NCBI GenBank assembly: GCA_048013815.1
Contig: CM106586.1
Coordinates: 3,534,001-3,598,000, forward strand
DNA length: 64,000 bases
Reading direction: 5' to 3'
Source: Setoptus koraiensis
Taxonomy: Eukaryota; Animalia; Arthropoda
Shown here: positions 43,791 to 57,011 of the stretch, one piece after another
Layout of the letters: each line of letters starts with the position of its first letter
How positions within the stretch are numbered: the first letter of the stretch is position 1
Notes under the pieces: model-generated
The model's input: the letters and a program-made list of their open reading frames with translations, nothing else
Told to the model about the DNA's origin: nothing
Database searches by the model: none
Translations under genes and position numbers: made by a program

Positions 43791-46700
43791 ATTAAAAAGC
43801 TTGAGGTGTCTCGATAAATCTTGCGTTTTTTCTTCTTTTTTCTTGTTGATTTGTTTCTCGATTGCTCGTTTGAAGTCGCGCACTAAAAATGCACCTACAA
43901 AAAGCGACCTCAAGCGGTTTTTTCTCGGACCACAGCCAAAGGTTTGGGCAGATTTACAACGATAGATCAATCAGAAAAAAGTGCCACAGCTAAGTTGCCA
44001 GTGTCTCAATCGAGCCGTGCCAGAACCGCGCCAGAGTCTCGTTGATCACAAAGTGGTTGCCTGATTTCGATCAATTCTTGCTCCAATTGCAAACAGGAAA
44101 ATACTCACTTTTTGGCCCGTGTAGCTCAACACGATCCAGTGTGAGCGCTGCCGAGAAACACAAGAGAAGAGCGAGAACAATTGCCGACTTGACAGATTTC
44201 ACCTGTATTTACCCGCAGTCCCTCGTAGGTGCCAGAGAAAATCGAAAACTGAACCCGGACTGGGCAAAAAACGAGAAAACGGTTCGCAGTTTATCGGCAT
44301 TTTCTTCGCAATTTCTCGGCATTTTCTTCGCAATTTTTCAGCATTTTCTTCGAAGTTCGTGGGGTTGAGCTGAAGAAGTTTGCGAATACGAAAGAACGAA
44401 ATTTGGCTGTCCGTCACCTCGCCAATCGAAACAGGCCCCACAAAAATCGTAGCTAGATTGGTCCCCAGATGGCGCCACGGTCCGAGCGATTTCCAAAGCG
44501 GATCAAAAGTTGAAAATTTATTATTTATTATTATATCATATTAATGTATTATATATTTTTGGTGCCACAAGCCGGTCACTTTTCGCCATCACAACTAATT
44601 GTTGTGATCAACATATGTTACTACAAACTACTGAACGCTGTTGAGGCCCGCAATTGATGGGCCGAAATCGAGATTGAGCCGACCGGATGTAATCCTGTTT
44701 TGCATAATATATTGCATCAATTACCTGTTGGCATTATCCATGTTGGCAGGATCACTGATGTTTCGATAGGTGGCTCAATTGGCAAGCAATAATGGCAATT
44801 GCCAGTCAATAAGTGCCAATCAATGGATGGGCAGCTCAAATTAGTTGCAGCGATTGCATTGATTGCGCCAACGAAAAGTTGCCACAATACATATCATCAT
44901 CATATTGCATAACATGGCTCGTTGTTGCAACGGACGGCCGACAGTGGGCGGCTGGTCGTTATCGGGTGTCTGTCGATGCTAATTGCACACAAATTCAACG
45001 AAGCATTAAAAGATAATTAAGAGATGAATAGAGTTGCCGTGAGCATAGTGAGCCATATCGAGCGCATGTCAGCACTTTATTATTTTTAATTTGAATTTTA
45101 ATTTCAACTTCAATTTTATGTTTGCCCTCTAATCATGACAGTGTGATCATGGCAGTCTGATCATTATAGTCTAATGCACCTGATGCACACACACACCATT
45201 GCGTAATGTCGATTTGGGGATTTGGTTGCATTATTGGCGGTCATTATGCGCGAGCGTCGGAATTCACTTCGATCGGTGTCGTTTTATTGGCTTTTTATTG
45301 ACTGTTGCAAATCATTGCCAATGAGCCGAATGCCAACAGAGTGTTCGAGACAAATCAAAATGATAAACTCAGATACTTGAAGAATAGACTTGATTGGCTT
45401 CTGACACAAGTGTCTCAGGTAAGTGTATCACCGTGATACTATCACGTGCTCTCGGCACTCACAAAACTGACAAAACACACACACAAAGAGCTGCCCAAAA
45501 TAACTGGCTGCAATCGCCAGCGAATGTACTCCGTGCAGGGGGACGGCAAGGACAGGTATCGCTCCAATTGCATGTTGGTTGATTGTCGTTTTCGTGCAAT
45601 TTAGCCATTACTTAGCCATTAGCCCATTAGTTTTGCTTCGTCATCGGCTCGTTGGCCAGAAACATTAAAAAAGACACACTAACCATACTAAACACACTTA
45701 AGAGAATAGATAGCAAAACTGAATGTAAAACCGGCCGCCATTCTCTGGAGAAACTTTAGAGAGACGCCCCCGCAAGTGACGCCAATCGGCGACCTTGAGC
45801 AACTGCAGTCGCAATTGGCGATCGCCGATTGCCCATTGCCAAATATTAGTTGGCTGTTGGTGTGCGTCTCAACCATTTGACGATCTTGTCCTCCATAAAT
45901 GATCCGACTATGCGACCGATTGATCCAAGCGGGCCTATAAGCGAACAACAATTATATCCGTTTGTTTGTCTGTTTGCATTGCCGTATCCAATTGGCAGTG
46001 AACTAGCGAGTTTGCTTTGCTCTCGAGCTGGCAAGCCAGCGAGAAAAGAACCGGCCGTCGCAAGGGCATAACTGAACAATTCTTTTAGCCGCAATTACTT
46101 AATATTATTTTTAATTTTCTAATTGCTCGCTAGCTATTATAAGAACGAAATTCATTGCCAGGCTCTTTAGTCGCTCTTGAACCGCGCTCTCGAAACTCTA
46201 TCAAAATAGATTGAAATCAATCTATTTTGATAAAGTTTTGTGAATCGTTTTGAATCGACGAAATCTCGTCATTTCGAAATTCCCATTCGAGGTGCAACTG
46301 CAGCTCGTTCGCCCACAGTATCACTTCGCCCATAGCCAGTTATAGTTTCCATCGCTCACCTGGTTTGACAATGCGCTCTCATTGGTCGTCACCGCCAATT
46401 GTCACCGCTGGCCATCCGCTGGCCAGTCAGACAATTGGCAGACAATTGACAGACAAGCACTTGTTGGCCCACTGATTGGCTGGCCAGTCTAATTACTTGG
46501 TCGCATAAGTTATACAGCAAGTTATAACAGGGATTCTGCAGATATTGCACAATGTTGAAAAATGATCGAAAGTGAGCGAAAACAAACAAAAGAATCACGT
46601 AACTCGCAAAGAGACTGCGACAGCTGCTTTCACCTGGTGCCGCTGTCATTATTGACTGTCGTAATTAACTGTCACTATTGACTGTCATAATTAACTGTCA

Positions 46701-46885
46701 TTATTGACTGTTGTTGTTGACTGTCATATGTTACTGATCGTGCCGGTGCCGGCGATGCAAGTGAGTATGAGTGATAGTGGTAAACAAGAGTCATGCAGTT
46801 TGACCAATAAAAATAAAAATAAAAATGAATATGATATGATACCAGCGAATAAATGAAAAACATAAAATAAAATGTCCGTGTGTAC

Positions 46886-46958
46886 AGGGGCGTGACAGGC
46901 GGAGTCGGGCGTCCGGCGGCGGGAGGAGCCTGGAGGGAGTTGGCTTCGGGCGGAGTTA
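46886..46958 (+). promoter_or_regulatory. GC-box (Sp/KLF-like) island, candidate promoter upstream of hillarin
   Basis: GGGGCGTG, GGCGGAGT twice, GGGAGGAG and GGAGGGAG packed into about 70 bp amid AT-rich DNA, followed by pyrimidine Inr-like TCACTT/TCACTC. Confidence 0.3.
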
Positions 46959-47242
46959 CGCAATACTCACTTCACTCTAGTACCAGCACTTCACTTGAAT
47001 ACTAGCACTAGCTCACCAATTGAAGTGAATTAGTTGTTGTTATCAGCCAATGCTTATTATGCCGTGAAACAACCATACAACTACCTGTAGAGCGAGAGAG
47101 AGCGCATCCATAGATTAGCTGTGTGAGTGTGTGTGTGTGTGTGTGTTTGGATTGCGTAATACGCAAAGCCAGTAGAGAACACAATAACAACACAGCATAG
47201 AATGTTGTGCAACCACCACACAATAACCGGCAATAGAGGAAG

Positions 47243-47275
<33 letters not shown>

Positions 47276-47494
47276 CTGCTATTGACGTAGTGCGAATGCA
47301 GCTATAGTGATACAATTAGTGGCAGCTCACCTTTAAAGAACCTTTACAGAGCGAGCGAGACACTGGCCACTGGCGACCACAACCACTGGCAACAGGCACA
47401 ACAGAAGCACTATCTATCTATTGTGCAATAGGAGTGCAACGACAAGTGGCAAAAACGAGCGAAGAAGATCTTGTAGGAGGATGACAGGTAGTAG

Positions 47495-47495
<1 letters not shown>

Positions 47496-47525
<30 letters not shown>

Positions 47526-47685
47526 ACAACGCCAGCGACAACAGCAACAGCAACAACAGCAACAACAACAGCAGCGACAACAGCGACAGCAACGAGACAA
47601 CGAGAGCAAAAACAACGACAATCGTCCAATCCGACAACGACGACCACGACCACGACGACAACAACGGCAACAACAACGACAACAA

Positions 47686-47722
<37 letters not shown>
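47496..47722. repeat. Compound (CAA/CAG/CGA)n trinucleotide repeat tract
   Basis: Seen directly; explains the poly-C/L/V/T ORFs at 47410-47848. Confidence 0.9.
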
Positions 47723-47723
<1 letters not shown>

Positions 47724-49339
47724 AATCTCAAGTTGGAATGCGTGTGAGAACAACTATCATTGGCACTTTTTATTAACCACTTGCTGCTTCTTTTACTGGC
47801 TTGTTGTCGTTGCAACAAGTCGCTCTCCACTGGCATATGAGTTGTCATTATCTTGCCAGCAGCAGCAGCAGCAGCCCATCGACAACAGCAACAGCAACAA
47901 CCACCACAAGACGATCGTTGGCCAGACTGGCAGCAGCGGCTCTAGCTGGATGCAGTAGCAGCAGCAGGCAACAACAACAATCAAAACACCTGACAACGTT
48001 GTGAGACGAGCAACAACAACGACAAGTGCTCATGGCAAAAAACCAGTGCTCTATGGATTAGACAGGTGAAATGCGAGTGATGCAGTGTCAAGTTTAATAA
48101 GCTGGCCAGAGTGTGTGAGAGAGAGAGCTTCGTCAATTACATGAGCTGAGTCAAGTTGAGTCGCATCGATCGATTAATTGATGACGAATCGATCAATCGG
48201 CCGATAATAGTGATAATAACCGAAATAGTAATGATTATATTACGTGATATCATCAAGAGTCATCATTGCAAGTTGCAACAACAGCAACAACAATCGTCAT
48301 ATTTCATCAATTTTTGTGGGGCCAGCCTTGTAAGCTAGCAACTACCAACTGGCTGCTCGATTGGAATTTTGATTTTCCATTTTCGAAAGAGGAAGCCCAT
48401 GGGAAGCAGCAGCAGCAGCAGTGAGCAAGCAACCAAGAAATTATCCGTATCACCAGAGTGTGTTAGCTGGCAATGGTGAGATTTGGCGCACTTTCAGCAT
48501 GCCATAATCAAGATATATCAAGACATTATCAAGACGATATTATTGAAGGCAGCACAGGTGAGAATTAGAAGGAAGAAGCCGATAATGTGCTGCTGCCACT
48601 AGTGCCAAGTGCCAACACAGTCAAAAGATAAACAGTTGGCGTTTTCGTCAGCGTTCACATTATTTTTGCCATTCACTGCACCCTACCGACTAATGGCAAG
48701 ACACTAACAACGAGACAACGCTCAGCTAGACAAACAATTGACTAATGATCGCGCGACAAGTTATTTATTGTTAGTTGCTGCAAACGACAGCAACAACAAC
48801 AGCAACAACGACGACAACAACAACGACAACAACAAAAACGACAACAACAACAGCAACAACGACGACGACAACAACGGGCTGCAGTGCGCCGGTTTAATAA
48901 AATTGAAACTCGCAAACAAAGGCAAACAATAATCCGTAATAAGCGATAATAATAGATCGTCTCTGTCGCTGGCTCGCTCGCCGATGTGCTAATCCGGTGT
49001 CGACAGCAACGCTTACACAACAACAGTCATTGTTGACAGCAACACAATAAGACAAGACTCACTTACCCAAGCGCCCGGCCTTTATCTGCACCCAACCGGA
49101 AGGGGCCTGCGTTTGTTTGTGCCGGCCGTCCGATAGCTCAGGCAAAATTTGAGCAAAACTCGAACGAAGCTCGAACAAGACTTGCGGCCAACAGCGCGCA
49201 TCGCATCAAGCTAGCGAAACCCAACTAGCAGTCGACATTATTAGAAAAAAAAAATACTAATTGCGTAATTGGCAATTATTCCAGCAATTGTTAATTAGAC
49301 AGCAGTCGGCAGGCAATAGGCACAGGCGACCGGCCTGTC

Positions 49340-51935
49340 ATGTCGTCCGTGGTGCGACTGGCCGTCCAGCATCAGGCGCCCCCTGACGGCGGGCTCCTGT
49401 TGCCGGGCGAGTGCCCTCTGGAGGACAAATCAAATGGCGCAAATGGCAGCCGTCAGCCAACAGAGCATCGCAACGGCGCTGCAACAGCGCTTAGAAAGCA
49501 ATACGACGGGCCCATATTGATCAAATACAATTACTACGATCACGACGGCAGCCGCCACGAGCAGCCTCTGTTTGGGGCCACAACGCCAGCCATTGGCGTT
49601 AGCCACCTAGCGGCCACAGGTGAACAACTTGCGGGGCACCTGTCGAATTCGAGCAGATCAATAGCAAGTACAACATCTCAAAATTCCTACAGCATCATAT
49701 CTGCAGCATCGTCTGCACATATGACAGGTGATTCGCGTCAGCTGATTCAGGTGTCTCACCATAATAATAATAATCACCATAATAATAATAATAATAATCA
49801 CCATAACCAGTCGTTGCATCATCACGACAGCGGCAGCCGCAGCAACGACAGCTCCTTGTCGCCGGGTTCGTCCGCTTCGTCGAGCGTGTCGCCCGTGTCG
49901 CCCGTGTCGAACGGTGCCCGTCAGCACCATTCGTATTATCCCAACAACCAGCAAATGAACAACAACAACAACCAAGAATCGGCGAGCGCTGGCCTGCCCT
50001 CCAGGCGGCGCTACAATTCGAGCAGCTACGAGTCGCGCTGCCTCCGCTGCAAACTGACCGTCTATCAAATGGACAAAGTGGGCCCCCTGAAAGATTTCAC
50101 ATTTTACCATTACAACTGTTTCAAGTGTTACCTGTGCGGCACAAAGCTCACCCTCAAGACCTACTTCAACAACCAGCAAAACCAAGACGATCAAGAGGTG
50201 TACTGTCAGTCGCACTGCCCCAAGACGGGTCCGGGCCGGCTCGACAACCAGTCGGTGGGCATCCGGGCCGCGCTCAACGCGCCCAAGGTGTTCGAGATGC
50301 CCCCGCCCGTCGGGCCCAACCCAGTGAACGGGCCCCCCCATCATTTAGAGCATCATCAGCACAATCAGCAGCATAACAGCACCATAGTCAACAGCAACTA
50401 TTGCCCCTACCAGGCGGGCGTGGTTAATCCGCTGGCGGCCGCGTTGCTGTCGCCCGTGTCCGCGTGCCTTTCGCCCGTGCAGCCAACGGGTGCGGATTTG
50501 TCGAGCGCGGCGCCGGCGTCGCCGTTGGGCGGCCCGCAGACCGGTCGCGTGCCCAAGCAGCAGCAGCAGCAGCACGAGCTGCTCGGGCCGGCGAGCGGGC
50601 GCTCGGTGCCCCAGGTGGACTCGCGCTCGTTGCACATTCAGCACGGGTTGCAGCAAACGAAATTGCAGTCCATTTACAAGAGCTCGCATATAGACAAAAA
50701 GATCAACGCGTTCCTCAATCAGCGGCTCGAGTATCTGGAGCCCAAGCAGAAGTTGCTCGAGATGCGCCACCGCGAAGAGGAGGACGCCCTCTACAGGGAG
50801 TTTGATTTAAAGCGGCGCGAGGAGGAACGTTGCATAAGCGAACAAATAAAGGAAGAGTGGCAGCTAGAACTGAGCAAACTAATAGCGAAATATCAGTCTA
50901 AATTGCACAAATTGTGCGCCAACGGCTCGCCGGCGCTCAACGGCGCCTCTCTGGCGGCCTCAATCGCCAGCAGCCAGCAAAAGTTGATTAATCAGCAGCA
51001 GCAGCAGACGGCAGCGCGGTCGGCCAGCGACGAGGAACTCATCGATTTAGAACGCATCAATCTGGAGAAGAGCATGACACTGAAACTGGACAGAAAGAAA
51101 GAGACGCTGAGCCGAAAATTGAAGGAATTGGAGCGCCAAGCCACCGCCGAGCTGGTCGAGAAGCAGAGCAAGGAGATGCTGACGCTCATCAGTCAGCGCC
51201 TCAGCGAGTACAGAGAGGAGAAGGTGAGTTTGTTGCGCAACGTCCGGTTGCGTGATTGTTTGTTTGGCTCATTGTTTGTTTGCTCGCTTCTTTGCTTTTT
51301 TGCTTCTTTGTTTCTTTGTTTGGCGCCGTCGGTGCGCCCGTTCGTGCGCAACCGCATCCATTTACCGGCCCGTCGTGGCCCGTCGCGGCCCGTCGTGGCC
51401 CGTGTAGCGTGGCCAGACGCTTCCTGTTGCGCAACGACGCGCCAGTGTGCGCCAAATGTATGGCACCGTTGGTCACGACGCGGCCGAGCGACGCGAAGCG
51501 CGCCTGTTGGCGACAGGTTAACGAGCCGCCAGCCGGCCGCTCGTTAGCGGGCACCCGTCGGCCGGCCCGCGGGTCGCGCACGCCGAATTCAGCGGTTGAG
51601 CATGCCGCAGAAACGGGCGCACATACCGCAGAAATGGCGCCGATGCGGCCACTAGCTGCTAGTGACTAGCGGCCATTAGGAGCCGCATGCAATCAGGTGA
51701 CGCGCAGCAAGTTGCGTAACCTGCCCAATGGCCGTTGCTGCATTGCGCAACCATTGTGGCACAATGATTGTGCTGCCTGTTGCGCAAGCTCAACAGTTCA
51801 TTCCATCCGATGTCCAGCGCACAATATTCGACACAATATTCATATTGGCATTGGCGCTAGTGCTCGCATCGTCGCTAATGGTTATTTGCATTGCGTTACG
51901 TAACGTTGCGCTGCGCAACATTGCATAACAACAAC

Positions 51936-51968
<33 letters not shown>

Positions 51969-53776
51969 GACAACAACAACAACAACAGGTCGTAACTCTA
52001 ATCGCCGCAGTGTTACGTAACTATAATCGCCATGTTACGTAACTACAATCGCGATGTTACGCAATGCAAGTGTGTGTGTGTGTGTGTGTTGCGGCGCGAT
52101 TGTTGTCGCTCGCCAAATGTTCACTCGGCGACTATCGGCGCAACCGCTGGCCACTTGTTGCCACTGGCCCGTCGGCCGGCGAGCACCGACGATTGGCCAA
52201 TGGTCGTCGAGTCTGTTGCAGCATTGTTATTATCACCGCCGTCGCCATCACAACAGTGACAACAGCAGCAGCAACAACAACAACAGCAGCAACAACAGCG
52301 ACAACAACATCAACAACAGCGACAACAACGGCAACAACGACGGCAGCAGCGGCAGCGGCGCCGGGCCGGCTCATTTGCATGGCGAACGGGCCGGCCGGCC
52401 GCGCGGGAATCCATTAATTGAGGTTGCGCAACGATTCACCTGATCGGCGCCCGCCAGGCCGCTTGTTAGGACGCTGCTCGGCCGGCTTGTTCGGTTCTCG
52501 GCCGGGTCTTCAATTCTCAGTTGGCTTGTTCGGTTGTCGGCTGGACGTAATGACCGGCCCGTGTCATGTGTTGGCGGCCGTCAACGACGGCCGCGCAGCA
52601 AGGCGACCACCCAACCAAGTGACGCTGTTGTTGCTGCGGCCGCTGTTGTGGCTGTTGGCGCTAGTGTCGGCGCCGGTAATGTTGCTCTCATTACGTCACT
52701 GTCATGAGCCGTGTTACACGACCGGCCATTGTTGTTTGCGGTGTGTTGTTGCGCGACAACAACAACAACAACCCGCCGCCAGTCGTCTCAATAGTGACAG
52801 TGCTATCAAATGATCATTAAATTGATGCAAGCGCAACTGGCCGTCTCACAACTGGCCATCCCACAACGGGCCGGCCCGCCGAGTTCTCCGCCGGCCGCTT
52901 CCATTCGGGCCGCTTCTATTCGGGCCGCTTCTATTCGGGCCGCTTCTTTGGCCGCTTCTTTGGCAGCCTCGCTGGCCAGCTCTCGGGCCGAACAGCCGAG
53001 GCAAGCGTCCGTCCGCTCACCAGCTCCCTATCGAGCCGGCCCATTAACTGATGCCGCTGCTGCGCCCGCAACGCTAATGGCGGCTAATGGAGCCAATGCT
53101 GCAAAGCCCGACGTGAGTCGTGCTCGTTGCACTGCGCGCCATTGCAAGCCGCTCTTCCGGCCCGACCAACAGGCCGTCGTTGCGCTGCCAGCTCCACCAA
53201 CCGACTCGGCGATTCTTCTTCGCAACAATTCGGGCAACCGTCCGACGCGATCCCTTTGGCCAAGTCGCAACTGCCGGCAGACATTTTATTTATCTTTTCG
53301 CCAGCGCATCTCTGACATCTCTCGACTCGAGAGTCTCGAGACGATCTCCGGCCGGCGAGTGTGGCGTTGCCGAGCGCGGCTCTACGTCCCACTTTTGTTT
53401 GCCCGCTTGCGCACGGTCCGTGGCCGGCGCGGTGCGATTGGCCGGCCCGTACCGTGCTCAAGCGGACGCCGCCGGGCGCCAGCAATTTTGGCCGGATTCG
53501 GCCGGGTTTGGCCGGGCCGATTGCGGCGCGTCATGGCATTGCAGCCGGCCACAGCCGGATCAATAGGCCGGCTGCAATGACGCGGCCGCAATTTTCCCGG
53601 CCGAAGGTCATTTCGCCGTCCGGCCAAACTGGCGCCGGCCAGCGAAATTGCCACTGCCAGCCGCTACAGCGGGCGTCGATGCCGCAAGCTCGGGCGAGCC
53701 TCAGCAAACACGCCGGCCCGGCAAAGGAATTCTTTTCAAAGATATCGCTCTCGGATGATGCAACAACAACAACAGC

Positions 53777-53843
<67 letters not shown>

Positions 53844-55471
53844 GTGCCAATGGGTTACGCAATTGCCCATTGCACTTGTCGGCGGATGACGTAAGCTGTC
53901 TGTGGCGTGTGTGTCGAGCTTGCAAATGGCATGCAAATGAGTCGCTCATCTAACTAATCTAATATCCGATCTGGCCGGCATATGCGCCGGTAATAGCGGC
54001 CAATATACGCCGAGTTTCATCTTTATTACAGTCTCTTCGTCTTTATTGAGCCGGGTCCATTGAGTTTTATGGGTTCGTTGACTCCGTGCGCATTACATTT
54101 ATATATAATATCCATGTTTTGCATATAATTATGTGTTTTGTGTATAATATCTATTCGTACAGTATTTGTGAGTCTGTTGTCGCGCGCCGTGATTGCATTG
54201 ATATCGCACGTGGCACACAATTCACTGTCGTGATGCTGTCGAGACGACGCCCGACACCGCGACTAGTGTCCGCTGTCGATATCCGGCCCGCTTGAGTGTC
54301 GCTGGAACGCGCTTGACAAGTTGCCCCCGGCAGCGCACCGCTCTCCGGCCCGTCGAAATGACTCATGTAATACCGTATTGGGCCGTTCGCACGTTCGGGC
54401 GTTCGGACGTTCGGAGACAACGCCGGCAGTTGCGGCATCGTCGGACGTCGCGTGAGATTGCTCAGCTCTAAACTTGGCCAAACAAACTAAACTTAGACAA
54501 ACGAAAGATCGCAAACCCGAAATCCTATGCACTAACCGCATTTTGTAACTGTTCATCATCATCACTATCTATGCTTTCGTTGTTGCCGACAGCGCCGCCA
54601 GGGCATCAGCGACGACCTCATCGACTCTATCCAGTGCCTCACCCTCACCGACCCCAACAGCGAGCCCGACGACGGCGACCTGTCGCCCACGCCGCCCGCC
54701 GGCAACCACGGCAGCGGGGGCGCATCGCAGCAGTCGGCGCAGCAGCAGCAGCAGAGAATATCCGCTGGCGCAAGCGTTAAAACGTCGCCTCAACAGCAGC
54801 AACAACAACAACACAATGGCGTGAGCAACAGGTCATCGCAAACCACGATTCAATCAATGGCGACACCCCAAGCAACGTCAGCGGCGTCTAGCGGCCCCAA
54901 ATCGAGCCAACACAACAACAATCGGGCCGGCACAACCGCATCCGGCCCGTCCTACAACACAAAACAGTCCACCCTGAACAGGAAACATTGGGCCCGCATA
55001 GTGGGCGCCAAGGCCATAGTGCACACCAACGACACGCCGGGCCAGTTGCCGCCGGCGCCCGCGCCGCCGCTCATCTCAAAGCTGGAGCTGTACTCTGATC
55101 CCGAGGAGGTGTTCCACGAACTGGACCAGTTGGCCATCAATGTGGCCAAAGAGGATCAGCAAACTTTCACCGATTTGGTGCACCATTTGACGCGCAATTG
55201 TCTCACCGACGTGGAGAAGGCTCGCGCCATATTCCGCTGGATCACGGTGAAAAATCTCAACACCATGCAGTTCGACGCCACCATAAAGCCAGGTGAGTTG
55301 TTGCGCAACACCAGCGCCAGTTATTGTTGCCAGTTATAACACCAGTTATGTAATACCTATAGCTATAACAACGCCCGCTGACCTCCTTCCTCTAGATACC
55401 CCGTTGGGCCTTTTGCGCGGCATAAAGAACGGATCGGAGAGCTACCATGTTCTGTTCAAGCGACTGTGCAG
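49340..55471 (+). CDS. hil: Hillarin (LIM + coiled-coil + transglutaminase-like domain), 5' part: join(49340..51223,54593..55292,55396..55471); the gene continues beyond the window
   Basis: LIM domain CLRCKLTVYQMDKVGPLKDFTFYHYNCFKCYLCGTKLTLKTYFNNQ…EVYCQSH…GIRAALNAPK; coiled coil; FTDLVHHLT…DVEKARAIFRWITVKNLN|DTPLGLLRGIKNGSESYHVLFKRLC. Splice phases 0 and 1 are consistent, with a phase-2 donor at 55472. The expected next exon (about YAGLHC) was not found before 64000. Confidence 0.9.
53761..53842. repeat. (CAA)n microsatellite in hillarin intron 1
   Basis: Near-perfect trinucleotide run. Confidence 0.95.
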
Positions 55472-56843
55472 GTAAGTGTAACGGTATTCTCCACTTTATT
55501 GCATAATACATTTGTGTACGTTACATAATATGTGTGTACGTTACGTAATGTGTGTACGTTACGTAATTTGTGTGCATGCTGCGATATGATGTGCATGTGA
55601 CGGCCAGTCACAGCGCTGTCAAAACGCATCATATGTTTGCATGACACATCACCTGATGTTACACAACAGCAGGCCCGTTATACGGCCTGTATAATACAGG
55701 CGCAATGGTCGATGATCCACAGGTGAGCTCGCCTGTGCCAGTGAGCTCCTATGCGGCGGTTGGCGGTCGCTTGTCGGTCGCTTGTCGGCGGCCGCTTGTC
55801 GCTTCATGCGCCAACAGCGCGCTAACTAGATCGCTGGCCTGACTTCTCACCTGGCGAATTGTCGATGCTGGTGGCTGTCGGCTGTTGGCGCGAAAGAATC
55901 GCACAGCCAGACAATGGAGCCGCCGGCGGCGGCCGACGAACTCTGAGTGTCGCGAACTTGCGCCGTTCGCAGGAGCGCCGACGAAGCGCCGAAGAAGCGC
56001 CGAAGAAGCGCCGACGAAGCGCTCGAACTGGAGCAACTCTCGTTCGGCACTGCGAGCACTCCGGTCAGCCGAGTCGAGCGCACACTCTCTCTCGGCGCAC
56101 TCGAGTCTCCGGTGACTGGACTCTTCAGACTGCAGACTCCGGCGACTCGTCGACGAGACGAGCCGACAGTGCGAAGACACAATCCAATTGCGATTGCAGC
56201 TCGAGGGGCTCCGTTCGCGTCGAACCGTTCGCGTCGAACGGTTCGAGTCACTCGAATCGAGTGGCCATTGGATATTGCCGGCGCATCCATTGGCAGCTTG
56301 CGCCGACGAGAGCTCGATTGAAGCCTGCCAAGTGACTGATTGTTGTTCTCCGATAACAATCGAACGCTGGCCAACTTTCAACATTGCAGCGCACTTGCCG
56401 CACTGGACATAGGCCAAATTGAATAATGTGTGATGCAACACAGGCATAGGTACATATTAATTGATTCCCACTCTCTAACTGTCGACTGGACGGGCCAATT
56501 CGGCTCCAACGCCACCTATCTGCGAGAACGCAACAACTGTTAATTGTGTGCGCCAATTGTCCGTTAATTGTCACCACTGGCGTCTTGTGTGGCCGCAAGC
56601 GTCTTGCCAACAACTCTGTCGCAACAACAACAACGACGACAGCAACAACGACAACAGCAACGACAACAGCAACAACTGAGCTCTGTTGCGGCGACAAAAG
56701 CTCAGGTGAGCCGGCCCGGCCATCTCACAAATCTCAGTGCGGTCACAGATTGTGTGACTCACAATGCTGTGGCGCCGTGCGCAACACTTTCTCGTCGCCG
56801 CAATCGGGCACTCGTCGCCCAGCAATGATGCGCCCGGGCCTTG

Positions 56844-57011
56844 CCGGCCCGAACAGACTGACGTCCGGCCCGAACAGACTGACGTCCGGCCCGAACAGAC
56901 TGACGTCCGGCCCGAACAGACTGACGTCCGGCCCGAACAGACTGACGTCCGGCCCGAACAGACTGACGTCCGGCCCGAACAGACTGACGTCCGGCCCGAA
57001 CAGACTGTCGT
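56844..57011. repeat. Minisatellite, 21-nt unit CCGGCCCGAACAGACTGACGT x8 (7 perfect, 1 variant)
   Basis: Units start every 21 nt from 56844 to 56991; no spacers. Confidence 0.95.

Noticed and set aside
44042-44441. Opposing 108-aa and 80-aa ORFs
   Set aside because: Partly generated by a GCATTTTCTTCGCAATTT triplication; no recognisable family.
51224-51547. C-terminal 107 aa of the 735-aa ORF
   Set aside because: Read-through into hillarin intron 1 after the consensus donor AAG|GTGAGT.
53841-53880. miR-92-family-like 3p arm (CATTGCACTTGTC) in a short hairpin
   Set aside because: The match ends after 13 nt and the stem is only about 14 bp, with the 5' side running into a (CAA)n tract; too short for a pre-miRNA. 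Small-RNA reads would be needed to revive it.
52032-54565. ORFs up to 256 aa in hillarin intron 1
   Set aside because: GC-rich, repeat-derived (ASIRA repeats), overlapping in several frames, with no domain.
56844-57011. CRISPR-like array
   Set aside because: Units are directly adjacent with no unique spacers, in a eukaryotic intron with no cas genes.
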